Positions 19,642 to 31,800 of a DNA stretch of 51,282 nucleotides are shown here, one piece after another (the first letter of the stretch is position 1; every line of letters starts with the position of its first letter). Under the pieces are notes generated by a model. The model worked only from the letters and a program-made list of their open reading frames with translations, was not told the origin of the DNA and ran no database searches. Made by a program: the position numbers and the translations under genes. Origin of the DNA: Barthelona sp. PAP020 (lineage: Eukaryota); contig JARQWU010000043.1 of NCBI GenBank assembly GCA_040182905.1, forward strand, positions 1 to 51,282, read 5' to 3'.

Positions 19642-19873
19642 ATGCAACGTTTTTCTAATCCCGAATATCGACCTCAACCTGGAATAGGACCACCAATTCA
19701 ACGGGGAAATATTCACCAAAGTAATATTTCGAATCAAAATCCTCCCAACATTATGGGAGGCATGCATCCGATTCAAACAATGCCACGAGGAATTCCTCAA
19801 CAACATCCACAACATGCAATCCATCCCCAACAAATGTATCATCCATCACAACAAACTTATGTTCCCCAACAGC

Positions 19874-19914
<41 letters not shown>

Positions 19915-20172
19915 ATTCAAAATAGATTTATTGTTGATAGAGCAAAATATTGTTTGGCTTCAATGAATAATGAATTTCAAATGACCTTAAGTGCCGAAAA
20001 TTTTTTGGAAGAACAGGTTAGAAAGAGATTGGTCAATTTTTTAGAAAGTGTTAAATTAGATGATCCCAGTTTACAGCCGTGCTATGTAAATGTAGATTAT
20101 TTTGATCTTAAATTACGCTATGATCCAACATTTAGCATTGTGAAACAACAAAGAAATCAGTCAATGATTTGA
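19642..20172 (+). CDS. Gln/Pro-rich protein with a short helical C-terminal domain (possibly transcription-related)
   Basis: ORF from ATG 19642 with a P/Q/H-rich N-terminus, polyQ and a helical C-terminus. The C-terminus is only weakly reminiscent of a TAF histone fold. Confidence 0.7.
19867..19914 (+). repeat. (CAA)n microsatellite encoding 16 Gln
   Basis: Seen directly: CAA CAG followed by a run of CAA. Confidence 0.95.
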
Positions 20173-20607
20173 TATGTTATGATATTGTGTGTTTTGTTTT
20201 GTTTTCTTTGACATTGCAAATTATTCTGTGATATTTGCTATTTCCTTAATCTGCATGTTTGTTTAAGTATCTTACATTGCTATTGTTATTTTTATAATTA
20301 ACTTTTTTGCACAATTCAACTCTATTTGCATATTGAATCATAAATAATGATTTTTGTTCTTTGTTCTTTTTTTGATGGTCCTATATGTCTCTTTAACTGC
20401 CATTAAAGCTGACAGAGTATTTGGGAGGCTTTGAAAGCTTGTGAGTTTTTTTTTTCAAAATTCTTTATTTCTTTTTCTTTCTTTTTCCAATTGTTTAATT
20501 TTGTTATTGCACTGTAAATATAATTGAGTCTGTCCAGTATTCTTTCTTAAGCTATTTAATATTTTTTTTTTTGATTACCAACTTCATTTTTGACTTTAAA
20601 GTGTATA

Positions 20608-21288
20608 ATGCGATTGCCACATTTCCCAAAAAATGGATCTGACGAAATAAGAGCTGCTAGAAAAGAAGCTCAACAGAAAGCTCAAAAAATGAAACAAAAT
20701 ATGGATGCAAAACAAGAAAAGAATCAAAAAACTGAAAATAATAGAGCACAGCTAAAACAAATGCGAAAACAAAGACATAGAATGTATGCCAAACAAGAAG
20801 AATCAGCACAGATTGAAAAGATTGTAATGCTTTATCATGATAAAGTCAGAAGGGGTGAAGAAATGATGGAAAACGTAAATGGTACAAACGTAAATCATTC
20901 CTATGACAAGAACAATGTTGACAATGAAGTGTTAGAGTCTCCAAGATTTAATGCTTCAAGACCTGATTCTTCAAGATCAAACCGCAGTAGTCACAGTGAT
21001 GGAAGAAAATCTAAAACATCTGATAAACCATCTTCTCCTCGACCAGGCTCACCAAAAGTCATACCAAATGTTCAAAAATCGAGAATTCCAACGGCAAGGT
21101 CCAAATTTGTGGGTAAAAAGCATTCAAAAAATGATTCCGAAGCAATAAAAAACAAAGCTGCGGCTGAAGAAAGAAAAAAAATGCTTTCTCGCAGAATTCA
21201 CATCAGAAGGGGAGACATTGTACCTGAGGTGTTTGCTTTTAAAATTAGTATGCCCAAAAAGAAACATACTGTATGGGATGATAATTGA
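20608..21288 (+). CDS. Hypothetical basic, low-complexity/coiled-coil protein
   Basis: ORF from ATG 20608, K/R/Q/S-rich, with coding-like composition. Confidence 0.75.
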   Translation: MRLPHFPKNGSDEIRAARKEAQQKAQKMKQNMDAKQEKNQKTENNRAQLKQMRKQRHRMYAKQEESAQIEKIVMLYHDKVRRGEEMMENVNGTNVNHSYDKNNVDNEVLESPRFNASRPDSSRSNRSSHSDGRKSKTSDKPSSPRPGSPKVIPNVQKSRIPTARSKFVGKKHSKNDSEAIKNKAAAEERKKMLSRRIHIRRGDIVPEVFAFKISMPKKKHTVWDDN

Positions 21289-21540
21289 TAAATATTTGTA
21301 TAGTTCCTTTTTTTTTCTCATCAATTTCAAGTCAAAATTGTTGGCATTCAATATCAAAATATTGTTTGCATGTTTTGAAATAATTTTTTTGGCAAATAAA
21401 TGCTCCAATACATTTCTTTGTGGTCAAAAAAAGATCAACCAACATAACAAATGAAACAAAGGTGATAAATGTTTGGATCATTATTGTGACTACCATTTAA
21501 AACAGGCACAATTCAAAATTTTACAAAAAGAAAAAAAAAT

Positions 21541-22551
21541 TCAATTTATCAAAATGTCTTCTTTTCTCTCATCATCATCAAAAAATTGTTTTTCAAGGTC
21601 ATCAAGATTATCATCTGGACTGATTGTCGTCAAACCATTACCTTTTAAAGCACTTAAAATGTTTGACTCAAAACCAGGATTCTTTTTGAGAGAATCAACT
21701 TCGTTCTCAGAAAATTCCAATTGAGTTCTAGCTCTCTCTGCTTCATTTATCAAATCTATTTTATCACTTTCTAATCTTAGCCTGTCACTTTTAAAAATTT
21801 GTATTTCTTGCTGCAAATCTGAATTTTCTTTTTCAAGCAAAAATATTCTATTTTGCAAATCATCAGGTTCAGCATTTGTTTTTTCTGCTCTCAAATTGTT
21901 ATTTATTTCAGCTAATTTGAGCATTTCTTGTTCTTTCTCATTCAAAATATTTTTGTATCGACTTTCATTTTGTGCCAATATTAAATTATGTTCTTCCAGC
22001 AATTTAGTACTTTTTTCTTTCAAAATTTTTATTGATTCTTCCAATATTTGACATGATTTACAAGACTTTTTTTTTGAAACTTCATGCATTTCTTGTTTTT
22101 TTTTTATTTTTTCCATTCTTTTTTGTCTTTGTTTGTATTCAACTGCACACCATAGGCATAATATGGCACCTTCAAAACGCTTTCGACTTTCATCTCCACG
22201 ATCAAACGCACGAAAGATTCCACATTCATCACATTGAATAGGATTTCCAAATTTCTTTTCATTATGTTCACAATAACGACATTTAACACCATTCCATGCA
22301 CATTGATTTCCACAAATACAACATTCATTTGGCTCTTTCATGTGATGTTTCTTCATTTGTCTCCTGCATTGATGACATTCATGAATATCTGAACAAACAT
22401 ATCTTTCCAAACAATTGTAATATAAATGGCAACGATCACATTTTGTCCTTGGACATTTCTTTAAACATTCCAAACATAATGGTTCCTCATTTGCTTCCTT
22501 GCATATTTCAGCTTTTCCACAATTATGACAACGATTTTTGGTTTCACTCAT
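21541..22551 (-). CDS. FAM76: FAM76-family Cys-rich protein with C-terminal coiled coil
   Basis: KCRYCEHNEKKFGNPIQCDECGIFRAFDR...EGAILCLWCAVEYK matches the recalled FAM76 pattern C..C...EKKYGPP..CEQCKQ.CAFDR...DGKLLCWLC. First ATG at 22551. Confidence 0.85.
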   Translation of the reverse strand: MSETKNRCHNCGKAEICKEANEEPLCLECLKKCPRTKCDRCHLYYNCLERYVCSDIHECHQCRRQMKKHHMKEPNECCICGNQCAWNGVKCRYCEHNEKKFGNPIQCDECGIFRAFDRGDESRKRFEGAILCLWCAVEYKQRQKRMEKIKKKQEMHEVSKKKSCKSCQILEESIKILKEKSTKLLEEHNLILAQNESRYKNILNEKEQEMLKLAEINNNLRAEKTNAEPDDLQNRIFLLEKENSDLQQEIQIFKSDRLRLESDKIDLINEAERARTQLEFSENEVDSLKKNPGFESNILSALKGNGLTTISPDDNLDDLEKQFFDDDERKEDILIN

Positions 22552-22729
22552 GAACAAATCATACACTTATCAGAAAAATTGCCTACTTTGAAATTGTTAT
22601 TTGTACTCAATTTTTTTAGAATTTTAAGATGTTCATTAATCATCTGGTATTGTAAATAGTTTATTGTAATAAATAATGCAAAAAAATGGCTCTTTGTTGC
22701 AAGAGAGTAGTTTTTTTTTCTGCTTTGAT

Positions 22730-23776
22730 ATCATACATCGGGAAACTACAAGATTTTTTTTGTTGAAAATATCTCTAATAATGGGATTTTTGTGATATGT
22801 TTCATTATTTGAGATATTCTAACAATGTTACGCTCAAAGATTTTCGAATTTTTAATCAACAGCTTATATATTGAAGATAAAATCACCATTAATCCTCGAA
22901 GAGGATTAGATTATGAAGATTAAAGTGTTTCTTTTTATAAACAAAGATGTCACTGAGCAATTTCATGCAAAATCGAACATTGGATTGAATAGATGAAAAT
23001 TTTATGAGCAAAAAATAGTTTTGTGCATGAATTATTGAAAATTGGAAGAATATTGTATGAGGCACATCATGTCACCATTAAAAATTATCAAAAAACCGCA
23101 AAGAATTACTTAATAAAAACTGAAAAGCCAATAGTGGTGAGACTTGAGAAATTAGACTTACTTCTGATGGTTTGAAAAAAGTTCAAAGTCACACTGGTAC
23201 ATTGAGAAATATCAGAGCAGTAACTTGGGATTTAAATTCACTAGGTATCAATTTGTTTGATAAAATGGAATATGAAGCAGAATCACATGGTAATGAAAGA
23301 CGTTTAGCTTGCTTAGAAACTGTTTGTCTTGCTTTTATGGATGAATACGAAGTTATGGAGATAAAGATCCCTGAATTACACAGAGCAACTAATCGTCAAT
23401 ATTAATTCCAAAATACAAACAAAAAAAAATGACCATGCAATTGGTTGATAGTGAAGATTTGGCATCAGTACGCAAAGAGTTTCCAATTAACCAAAAATTA
23501 AGGGTAATTGGGAGGATCATAATGGTTCTTCTGAAGATTAAATCGATAGTGAAACCGAAAGAGAGATATTTGAATATTCTAATTCCCAAATTGATAATGA
23601 AAGAGGAAATTTTGATGATAACGTTGGTCAAAATGATCGTTACAGTAAAGATTATGAAGAATTCGACCAAGAAGAACAGATTTCATTTCCATATGGAAAT
23701 GAATTTGATCATGTTTTAGACAACGATTTAAACTTACTTGATTCTAATATTGATTTTTTTAATAATTTAATATAGA
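22730..23776 (+). pseudogene. Decayed coding sequence of unknown origin
   Basis: About 1 kb of coding-like sequence broken by several stops and frameshifts. Fragments include ...ITINPRRGLDYED*, KVQSHTGTLRNIRAVTWDL... and an acidic tail ending ...DSNIDFFNNLI*. Confidence 0.55.
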
Positions 23777-23988
23777 TGTGTGAATATGTTTTGGTGTAAA
23801 TATTGTGTTGTAAATGTATTGAACAGATTCTTTATTTTTTCTTCTTTGAATTGTATTTAATCATTACATATTACTCTTTTAAGTCAATTCAAAAAAACAA
23901 ATGGTCAAAAGAAGTTGAATTGTCTTCCATCATATCAAAGAGATTTCACTTTTTTCCCATTTTTTTCAATTTTTTTCACAGGAATGGT

Positions 23989-25374
23989 ATGCCAATTATT
24001 TCTGATCAATTAATTTGGGAACGGTTTACCAAACAACCCGACGGATATTTTCACCGAATACAAAAAATGATTGCTGCAAGTTCACAATCATTTGTTGAAT
24101 ATGAAATTAAGTTTTTGGGATATCAGCTTTTTGCAGATAATACGTCAATTGTCATGGGAAAAGAAGATGAAAATGAATATCCTTTATTGCCCATCAGATA
24201 TGTTGATAATTTTCGGATTGCACAGTTGGTCACACAATTTATTTGGAATGAATACCCATTTGTTGTTGATTTTTCTTCAAGTGATTCGATAAACAATTGT
24301 AAACCCTTTTTTCCACATTTATGTCCATTTACTATTTTGAATGCTGATCATATCACTAGTATTACCCAAAAAGTTCCTTCATTAAAGTTTGCTATTCAAG
24401 CATATAGTTCCTCAACAATTGATTATTTGAATTTTTCCAGTCGATTCTTACATGTGAATGAATTGGATTCAAGCACATTACATCATAATACCCAATGGAT
24501 ATCATTTCAACAGTTTTCTCATGTATTTAGTACATTTGTAAATGATGAAAACTTGACGGTAATTGAAACTGGAGATTTAGTCAGTCTTCAATTTTTTTCT
24601 TTGAATCCTAAATTTTTATGGTTGACTCCTGAATATAATATTGAGACTTTGATTGAATATCAAAATACCATTATTGGAATGATTTTAGAATTTACAGATG
24701 AAGAAGGGCTATTTAATAGTGATATAAGTTTTAGCACATTAAAAGTGCTTGGAATCACTTTTAAAGATAGTTTTCAAGACCAAGATGATGTGAAAGGGTT
24801 TATATTAAATCAACCTTTATTAAATTATCTGATTATTGATGTGGAACATTATAAATTGAAAAAAGATTTTTTCAAGATGATTAGAGTACAGAATTTAGTT
24901 ATTAAATTGAAGAATGTTGATGAAATTTATATTGAAAATGATGATGTGATCAATTTAGTTGTAATGATTACTGAAAAGAATACTAAGATTCATTTAGATT
25001 GCCCAAATTTAAAAAATATTGAGTTTAAACCATTTTATTTTACTAATAACTATTTATGTCAAAAAATTCAATTATATTTACATGATAATATGCGTGAAGT
25101 AGCAAAATATCCTAAAAGTACCAAAGGTCATATTTTTGAAAGATTGTTGATTTCTTCAATCATTGTAGAAGTCATTAATCAAAACAATAAAGAAAATTTA
25201 CCTATAACTAAATTGTTTTGGATTCAAGATTCGAGATTCATTGAAGAAGAATTCAATAAAATTTATAATTTTAGATTATATCAAAATCTAGCTAAAGAAC
25301 AACTTGTGTTGTTTATGAAAAATCAAATTCGAGTGTTTAATCAAAGTGATCAAGAATTATTTTATTTATCTTAG
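23989..25374 (+). CDS. Hypothetical protein with LRR-like L..L.L segments
   Basis: ORF from ATG 23989 containing FSTLKVLGI, QPLLNYLII and CPNLKNIEF motifs. Confidence 0.7.
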   Translation: MPIISDQLIWERFTKQPDGYFHRIQKMIAASSQSFVEYEIKFLGYQLFADNTSIVMGKEDENEYPLLPIRYVDNFRIAQLVTQFIWNEYPFVVDFSSSDSINNCKPFFPHLCPFTILNADHITSITQKVPSLKFAIQAYSSSTIDYLNFSSRFLHVNELDSSTLHHNTQWISFQQFSHVFSTFVNDENLTVIETGDLVSLQFFSLNPKFLWLTPEYNIETLIEYQNTIIGMILEFTDEEGLFNSDISFSTLKVLGITFKDSFQDQDDVKGFILNQPLLNYLIIDVEHYKLKKDFFKMIRVQNLVIKLKNVDEIYIENDDVINLVVMITEKNTKIHLDCPNLKNIEFKPFYFTNNYLCQKIQLYLHDNMREVAKYPKSTKGHIFERLLISSIIVEVINQNNKENLPITKLFWIQDSRFIEEEFNKIYNFRLYQNLAKEQLVLFMKNQIRVFNQSDQELFYLS

Positions 25375-25534
25375 TAAAAATAGAATAAAAAACTTGATTC
25401 AAATACAATCGTTTATTGATTGTTTTGAAACAATATCACTAATCAAAGAATTTAAAAAAGTCAAAAGTTAAATTTACATAGGAATCAATACTTTGTCATT
25501 TTGTATGTTTTTTTCACATAAATGAATGAAATAA

Positions 25535-26235
25535 TTTTTTTTTTTCTTGTACGAACCTTTTCCAGAACTTTCCCAAGTCAGACACTGGGAAACTCAGTTG
25601 ATTAATAAATAATAAACCTTAATCTTTGTTCTTTTCGGGGGGTCCACCATTGCTGAAAGGAACCAATCTTTTTTGAGACCTACTCTTTCAAAGGCTTTCG
25701 TGGGAGAGCAACGCCCTACATGGGGTGTGAAATATTGCATTAATAATTGCTCAAAAGATCTTTACGCTCCGATATTTTTAAAATTTATCCTAATTGTGCA
25801 AGTTTTCGTGCATTCACCATGGCAGGTCAAAAATGTGGGGGTAGTTCAGGGAAAAGTTCCGTATCTTGAGGGAAAAAGGAAGAATCGGAAAATTTCGATT
25901 CACCAAAAATAATAGGCTTGTGAAAACCCTTATTTTTTCTTCTTTGCTTTTAATCCAACTGGGAAACAGCTATATTTAATTACAAAGAAAAGAATACTCA
26001 AAAAACTCTTTCGAGCAAATTTCAATCAAAACCCCAGGAGAACGGGTGAGGAGGATGAGAACAAGGACGAAGAAAAAATAGATAATTAAGGGAATGAAAT
26101 TTAACAAAAGCAAAGTTTTAAAGGCTTACCTTTCACTTTTGAAAAATCAAAATTATTTACATATCAATCGAGTCTCAAAAACCTTTAACCAAGTAAACAC
26201 TATTCCCGTTCACTAATTTTCACAGCGTTTCTTGA
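25535..26235 (-). repeat. Copy D (longest, ~700 bp) of the non-coding repeat family, ending in A11
   Basis: Contains, collinearly, the segments shared with copies C, B and A, and ends TTCGTACAAG(A)11 on the minus strand. Confidence 0.85.
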
Positions 26236-26634
26236 CCTGCAAAAAATTGGAAAGATTTAGTCACTTGAATTTTCCTGTTATTGGTCTCTCTCCAAAAGAA
26301 ATTTGAGATTCAGAACTTTTCTGCCAAACCTCTTGTTGAAATTGTTATGCGGTTCTCTATACCAACTTCAATTCAACAAAATTGTTGCTCTTTTCCTTGT
26401 TAAAGAATTTGTCTAACATACCATTTTGCGTCTTTTAGACGAAGAACCAGAGTTTTATAGTAAATGAAAGAGGAAGTTTAATATGAAGTTAATACACCTT
26501 AATGAAACATTCGAAGACATCTTTGAAGTAATCATCTTGTAAAAAACTCTTCCCAATGGTTACATCAAAGAACAAACAAACTATGATTGATATTTAACAA
26601 AAAGAAATTCCAAACAACCACACAAAAGACCTTT

Positions 26635-27620
26635 CTAATCAACACTCTCAACACTCTCATCATCTTCCATCTCTTCATCAATATACTCACGCATATTGCC
26701 ACCATTTCTTTCATCAATATCGATCAAATCCCAACAAAGGTTGATTGACATATTAAAATCTCTTTGATTCATGAAGACCCCTGCACTCACAAATTCTGAA
26801 TGACGATACTGTTTGCATTCATTCAATAAGTGTTGATAAAAGAAAGGCCTCATTCTTCACCAATTCAACTAACTCAGATTTGGACCAAAGCTCAAATTTC
26901 AAATCAAGCCGTTCGCCTTCTTCAATTGTTGTTCTAAGTTGGGGCAGTTCAAAAAGCGCAATTTCGTATCTCTTTTCCATTCTTCATCACTTGCATATAA
27001 TATGTTGAAAAATAACAGCATATCTACGGCATCAAATTTTTCTTTGTAATAACGCATAAGCATTTTGGCAATGTCAAGACGACCAACAGCACGAGTCACA
27101 AACAATGGAGAATCACCATTATCCCTTGATAAATAAACATCAGCACCATATCCAAAATCATTTGAGCAATATCAACATAACCTTTTTCACAATTGACAAA
27201 CAATGGAGAAACGCCATTATTCTTACATATATTAACATCAGCCTCATGATCCAAGAGTATTTTGGCAACATTAGAATGGCCTTGTTGACAGCTAATGTAC
27301 AATGGAGAAACCAAACTTCTTATTACCCAAATTAACATCAGCCCCAAAATCCAATAAAACTCCTCAACAAACCAAACACCCATCAAAAGCAGCGCCATAC
27401 AACGAAGTCCTTCCTTACTTTCCCTGTTTATTCATATCAACACCAGCCTTGATACACTGCTTCACAACTTCAAGATTGACATCACTCGCTCCATAATAAA
27501 TCTTCTTTGGAAGACCATCATCTTCAAATCCATCCACATCTAACCCATCTGGAACGACAACTGACCCATTTTATACTTAGAAAGAGGGTCAATTTCCTCA
27601 ACTGTTGGGTTAACAACCAT
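26635..27620 (-). pseudogene. Kinase-less ankyrin-repeat paralogue of 1072-2886, disrupted, with a different C-terminal domain
   Basis: Starts ATGGTTGTTAAC, as does 1072. Then aligns to 2032 onward (KYKMGQ..DVDGFED..PKKIY..NLEVVKQCIKAGVD.NKQG). Has a 1-nt deletion near 27560, a stop at 27415-27417 and further frameshifts. The C-terminal fragments (26899-27105, 26635-26853) are unrelated to the first copy. Confidence 0.88.
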
Positions 27621-27798
27621 TGTATTTGAAAAGAAAGAAGGCAAAAAATGAATCACTTTTCTTTGAATATTTAACTGGCAAATCAGTCATCATTTTGAAG
27701 TAGTCATTATTTGAATGAAAAGAGAGTCAGCAAATTTTATCAAATAAGAGAATTTCACTTTCCTTCAAATGCAAAATAAAAAATTACAATAACAACAT

Positions 27799-28695
27799 TT
27801 ACAATCCAAATTTTTTTTCAAAAACTTCTAAAATTATTGATTGGGCCTGTTTCATAAACATTTCATCATCATTGTTTGTAAAACTTTCCAAACTTTCACT
27901 ATTTACATCTACAAGTTCGTTCAAAACATTAATATTGTTTTTCTTTTTCAAGCCTCCTTCAAGAGTATTTATTTCACTTATATTTTCGTTTCTACTTTCA
28001 TTTCTATTCTGGTTTATTCTTTGCAATGACATCTTAAAAGGTGTGTTAATGGTCATTGTTTTCAATTGCACTTGTTCATTTTCAGCTTCATTAGCTTCAT
28101 TTTCATAAAATTCATTAATTTCATTGTGTTTATCTTTATTTATTACTTCATCAAATATCTGTTTGACACTTTGAAACAAATTCAGATCAAAATCAGCGTT
28201 CATTGGCTCACATTGCATTGATACAAAGCCAGTCATATGATTTGTTTTTAAGATATGTTCCAAAACTTGAACTCTTGAAGATAAATCGATATTAGATGTT
28301 TCTAAAGAATGTATTCTCAATTCTAGTTCCTCTATTGTTTGATTTATCTTTTTTGAATTCTTTTCCACAGTTTTAATATAATTTTTTCCAGGTTGTTGAT
28401 GATTCCAACTGGATTCAAAATCAGAGGAATGTCCTGAATAGTCCAAATGAGAATGAAAAGGATGATCTAATAGTTCATTTGAGATTTCCTTTTCCAAATG
28501 CTGATTATATTCTTCTTCAAATTTTATTAAATCAGCATCTGCAACTGTGTTTTTAAAAATTATTTGAAAACAATTGCCAATTGAAGGTCTCAATTTCCAT
28601 GCTTTTTCTATTGTTTTTATATCATTTGCTCCATTGGGTTGTAAATCTTCTGCAACACTTAAAAAGGTTTCGAAAGCAGATTTTGAACAGAACAT
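27799..28695 (-). CDS. Hypothetical coiled-coil protein
   Basis: Long ORF; first in-frame ATG at 28695. Heptad segment INQTIEELELRIHSLETSNIDLSSRVQVLE. Confidence 0.75.
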   Translation of the reverse strand: MFCSKSAFETFLSVAEDLQPNGANDIKTIEKAWKLRPSIGNCFQIIFKNTVADADLIKFEEEYNQHLEKEISNELLDHPFHSHLDYSGHSSDFESSWNHQQPGKNYIKTVEKNSKKINQTIEELELRIHSLETSNIDLSSRVQVLEHILKTNHMTGFVSMQCEPMNADFDLNLFQSVKQIFDEVINKDKHNEINEFYENEANEAENEQVQLKTMTINTPFKMSLQRINQNRNESRNENISEINTLEGGLKKKNNINVLNELVDVNSESLESFTNNDDEMFMKQAQSIILEVFEKKFGL

Positions 28696-28831
28696 TACTT
28701 TTTTTTCAATATATGTATTCACTTAAATGTTCTTATAAATGTTAATGAAAAAGTTTAATTTTTTCAAATTTTGTTCCAGGAATGAAAAAAAAAAACAGAA
28801 CAGTCAATCTTCCATTTTCATTTATTAGTTT

Positions 28832-31800
28832 ATGTGGCCTGTTTTACGCCAACCAACACGAAGATGCTCTGCTAGAGATATTGTTCGAACGTTAAGAGAA
28901 GAAAAATTTATGCTTATTTTATGGATTTTTCATCATCATGAAAGAAGGCTGAAATTACCACCCAATATTCAATATTTTGAATTAGATTATACATTTATTG
29001 ATGTGAGGACTTTATTGTTACAATCATTAAATGATGATTCATTTATTATTGATTTAACAATGTTACCTCGCGCATCTGATGAATTAATTTTATTTCATCA
29101 ATCTATTTTAAATAAGGTTGATAAGATGGTTGAATTTGAACACACTGCATTGCATCAAGAATTGAAAAGTTATTATGATGGTAGATCTCCAAGTATTATA
29201 ACCAACAATCAAATAAATTTAACTTCTCAAACACATACAAAAACTTTGGAAAAAAAATCTGCTCAACGTCAAGTGCGTTCTGAAATGATTAAAAATATTA
29301 AACGTGTTTCTAATATTGATCCGAATCAGCCTCGATTACTTAATGAAAGTCAAAAAGGTAAAGCCGAGAATAATTCCGTAACCAATAATATTCCAGTTAC
29401 TTTACCATCAAAAAAGTATAGAATTAGTGAAGAGTTATCATCGAAAGATTTAAAGCATTTATCTTATTCATTTTTGCTTGAATTGATTGAATTTTATAGT
29501 GAAAGTGTAGAAGAAAGCGATAATTTTATTTCGAGATTGCAAGCATGTCTTAGTTCAAATTTACATGTTTCACCATCACGACATGTGATAGTACATGATG
29601 CTTTATTAAAATATCGATCAATTGGATCACATGATTTTTCTCAAGGGAAGAAAAAAATTCCTCTGTTAACTTTAAACTTTGAAATTGACTTTTTATTGTT
29701 TTTATTTGAAGAATGTGGTGATATTAGTTTAGCGCCATTTACAAAAAGCGAAGATAGTAGACTTAAAGCCATGAAGATTGAACTTTTGCAACAGCGATTA
29801 TTATTTGTCCAGATGATTATCTATTTAATCATTGATTCAAGGCCTAAAAATATTCTTTGGTCTGTTGGGACAAGAGTTTTCGAATCATCTGAAAAATTAA
29901 AAGGCTTTTTGACAGAAATTTTTGCAAATATCAAGCAATGTACTGAAATTCAGGGGATACGTCCACCTAAATATTTTGGACAATTCCTTGGACAATTATT
30001 ATACTCTTTCAAAACTCCCACAATTATTCCTGAGGAAAATTTTGAAATTCCAATTATTCAATTACCTGATAGCATAACTTTGCAATTATACTCATTGGCG
30101 ATGGAGTTACAGTATAGTGAGCGAGGAAATCCTCCCATAATTCAACATGTCAGCTCTTTTTTTGATGATCTAAGTGTGTTTATTTACCATGGCTACCAAA
30201 GATTACACACTTCCGTAAAAAGTTTGGAAATTAGTAAAAAAGATGTATATAATAATAGTTGGGCAATCATTTCTCCGTTAAAACATCTATTGATTCAATT
30301 ATTTTGTGGTTTAGACATATTACAAAATAATACGAGCATATCAAGTCATGTGTTTAAATTTTTCATGGATCTAAAGAATCTGATCAATCAACCAGAGATT
30401 TCCAATGAATTGAAAAGTGAATTATTGAATACATGGGTGACTGATTCATTAAAAAAGCAACTTCAAAATTTCCAAGATATTTTAAGCAACTATCATTTTT
30501 CTGTTTTGGTTGAAAAGCCATCTCTTATCAAATTCTATTTCCCAATCCTATTTCAATTGAGAAATATTTTGATTGATCTTTACAAAGCAACTGGGATTGA
30601 AAAGCTTCAAAAATATTATGAAGATCAAACCCAAGAAATTATTGTTTTTAAATGTTTAACTTGCAGTGTTAATAATTTGTTGGATAAATATTATCCCAAA
30701 GAAATGACAACAAAAGAAGTGATTATTTATTTTGAGAATATGATTAAAACCATAACATATGATTTAATAAATGTTGCGAAAGTTTTTGAAAGTTTACAAA
30801 AAGGTTCATTAAAATTTTTATGTGATAAATATTTCAATGCGATGAATGATGTTTTACACTGCTTGGTGATGTCATTCAACAAAGTACAATTCCAAGCAAA
30901 TGAAATTTCAATAATTTTGGAAGAGATTTATGTTTTGGGATTGAGAGCTGAAGCAATGGGTGAATTGATCTCTAATCATTTAATTAGGGTTGAAGAAACT
31001 GAAGAAAATGTTGAAAATGAAAGAATTGATAGCGTTTCTACAAACAAAAAAGAAGAATTGGTGAAAGAGAATCTTTTATCATCCAGTAGTTTCAACAACT
31101 TTGCTTTAAATGCTTTATTGAAACAATTGCGAACCATAATTGAAATCACTAGTAAAAATGTCTTTCTTACTGATGTTTTTGAACCTGAAATTAAAAGTAA
31201 ATATAGTTCATCTCCAGCAGATTTGGGGAGATTCTTAATCGATATTATTGCACCTTTAGAAAAATTTGAAAGATTATCAGACCAAATTAAATATGTGTTT
31301 TGTACTTCAGCGATGTTTGGCATTTTTGAATTAGCTAAACATTATACCGATATTGGTACTTTTATGTATAATGAAATGATTACAGAAATATTCAATGTAG
31401 ATATTGAACAAGCGTGTGATATTTCAATGTTTGGCATGCATTCAGACGATATAAATATTAAATGCGATAAAATTGTTAGTTCAAAAGAATTAGCTGTTCG
31501 TTTGAATAATCTTTCTCAACTGGCAGATTTGGTTGAAATGATAAGAAACAAATTTCAAGAAATTACCAATGCAATGACAAATTCTCAATTTGAAAAGTAT
31601 TCTATTCAATGTGATCAAATGCAAAGCATTTTACAACAAAATCGTGACAAATTATTGGATTGTCTTGCGGTTACTTGTATTATGCTGAGCAACTCTACAA
31701 AACAATTGAGAAATTGTTGGATTTGCAGTTATTTACCTACTTTTAGAAATTCTATGAAAGATTGTAACATTCAAGAAATAATCTCTGATGTAAAGCAAAT

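Noticed and set aside
23950..23981. Polypyrimidine tract plus CAG before an ATG (also 19605-19623), suggesting splice or trans-splice acceptors
   Set aside because: Many other starts have T tracts without AG, and the nearby ATG-GT donor gives an out-of-frame product. More likely a T-rich core promoter or leader.
25546..25674. ~128-nt segment ending in T6, considered as 5S rRNA or another Pol III RNA
   Set aside because: It has internal T4 runs and no 5S helices or A/B/C boxes.
25675..25750. GAGACCTACTCTTTCA resembles the 5' end of U3 snoRNA
   Set aside because: There is no box A (GGATCATTT) and no recognisable C'/B/C/D boxes, and the segment is embedded in a larger repeat.
25673..25912. ORF-track ORFs 25673-25912 (+) and 205-408 (-), which share LRPTLS
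   Set aside because: Both have non-ATG starts, copy A has a stop in this frame, and differences are not synonymous-biased. They are by-products of the DNA repeat.
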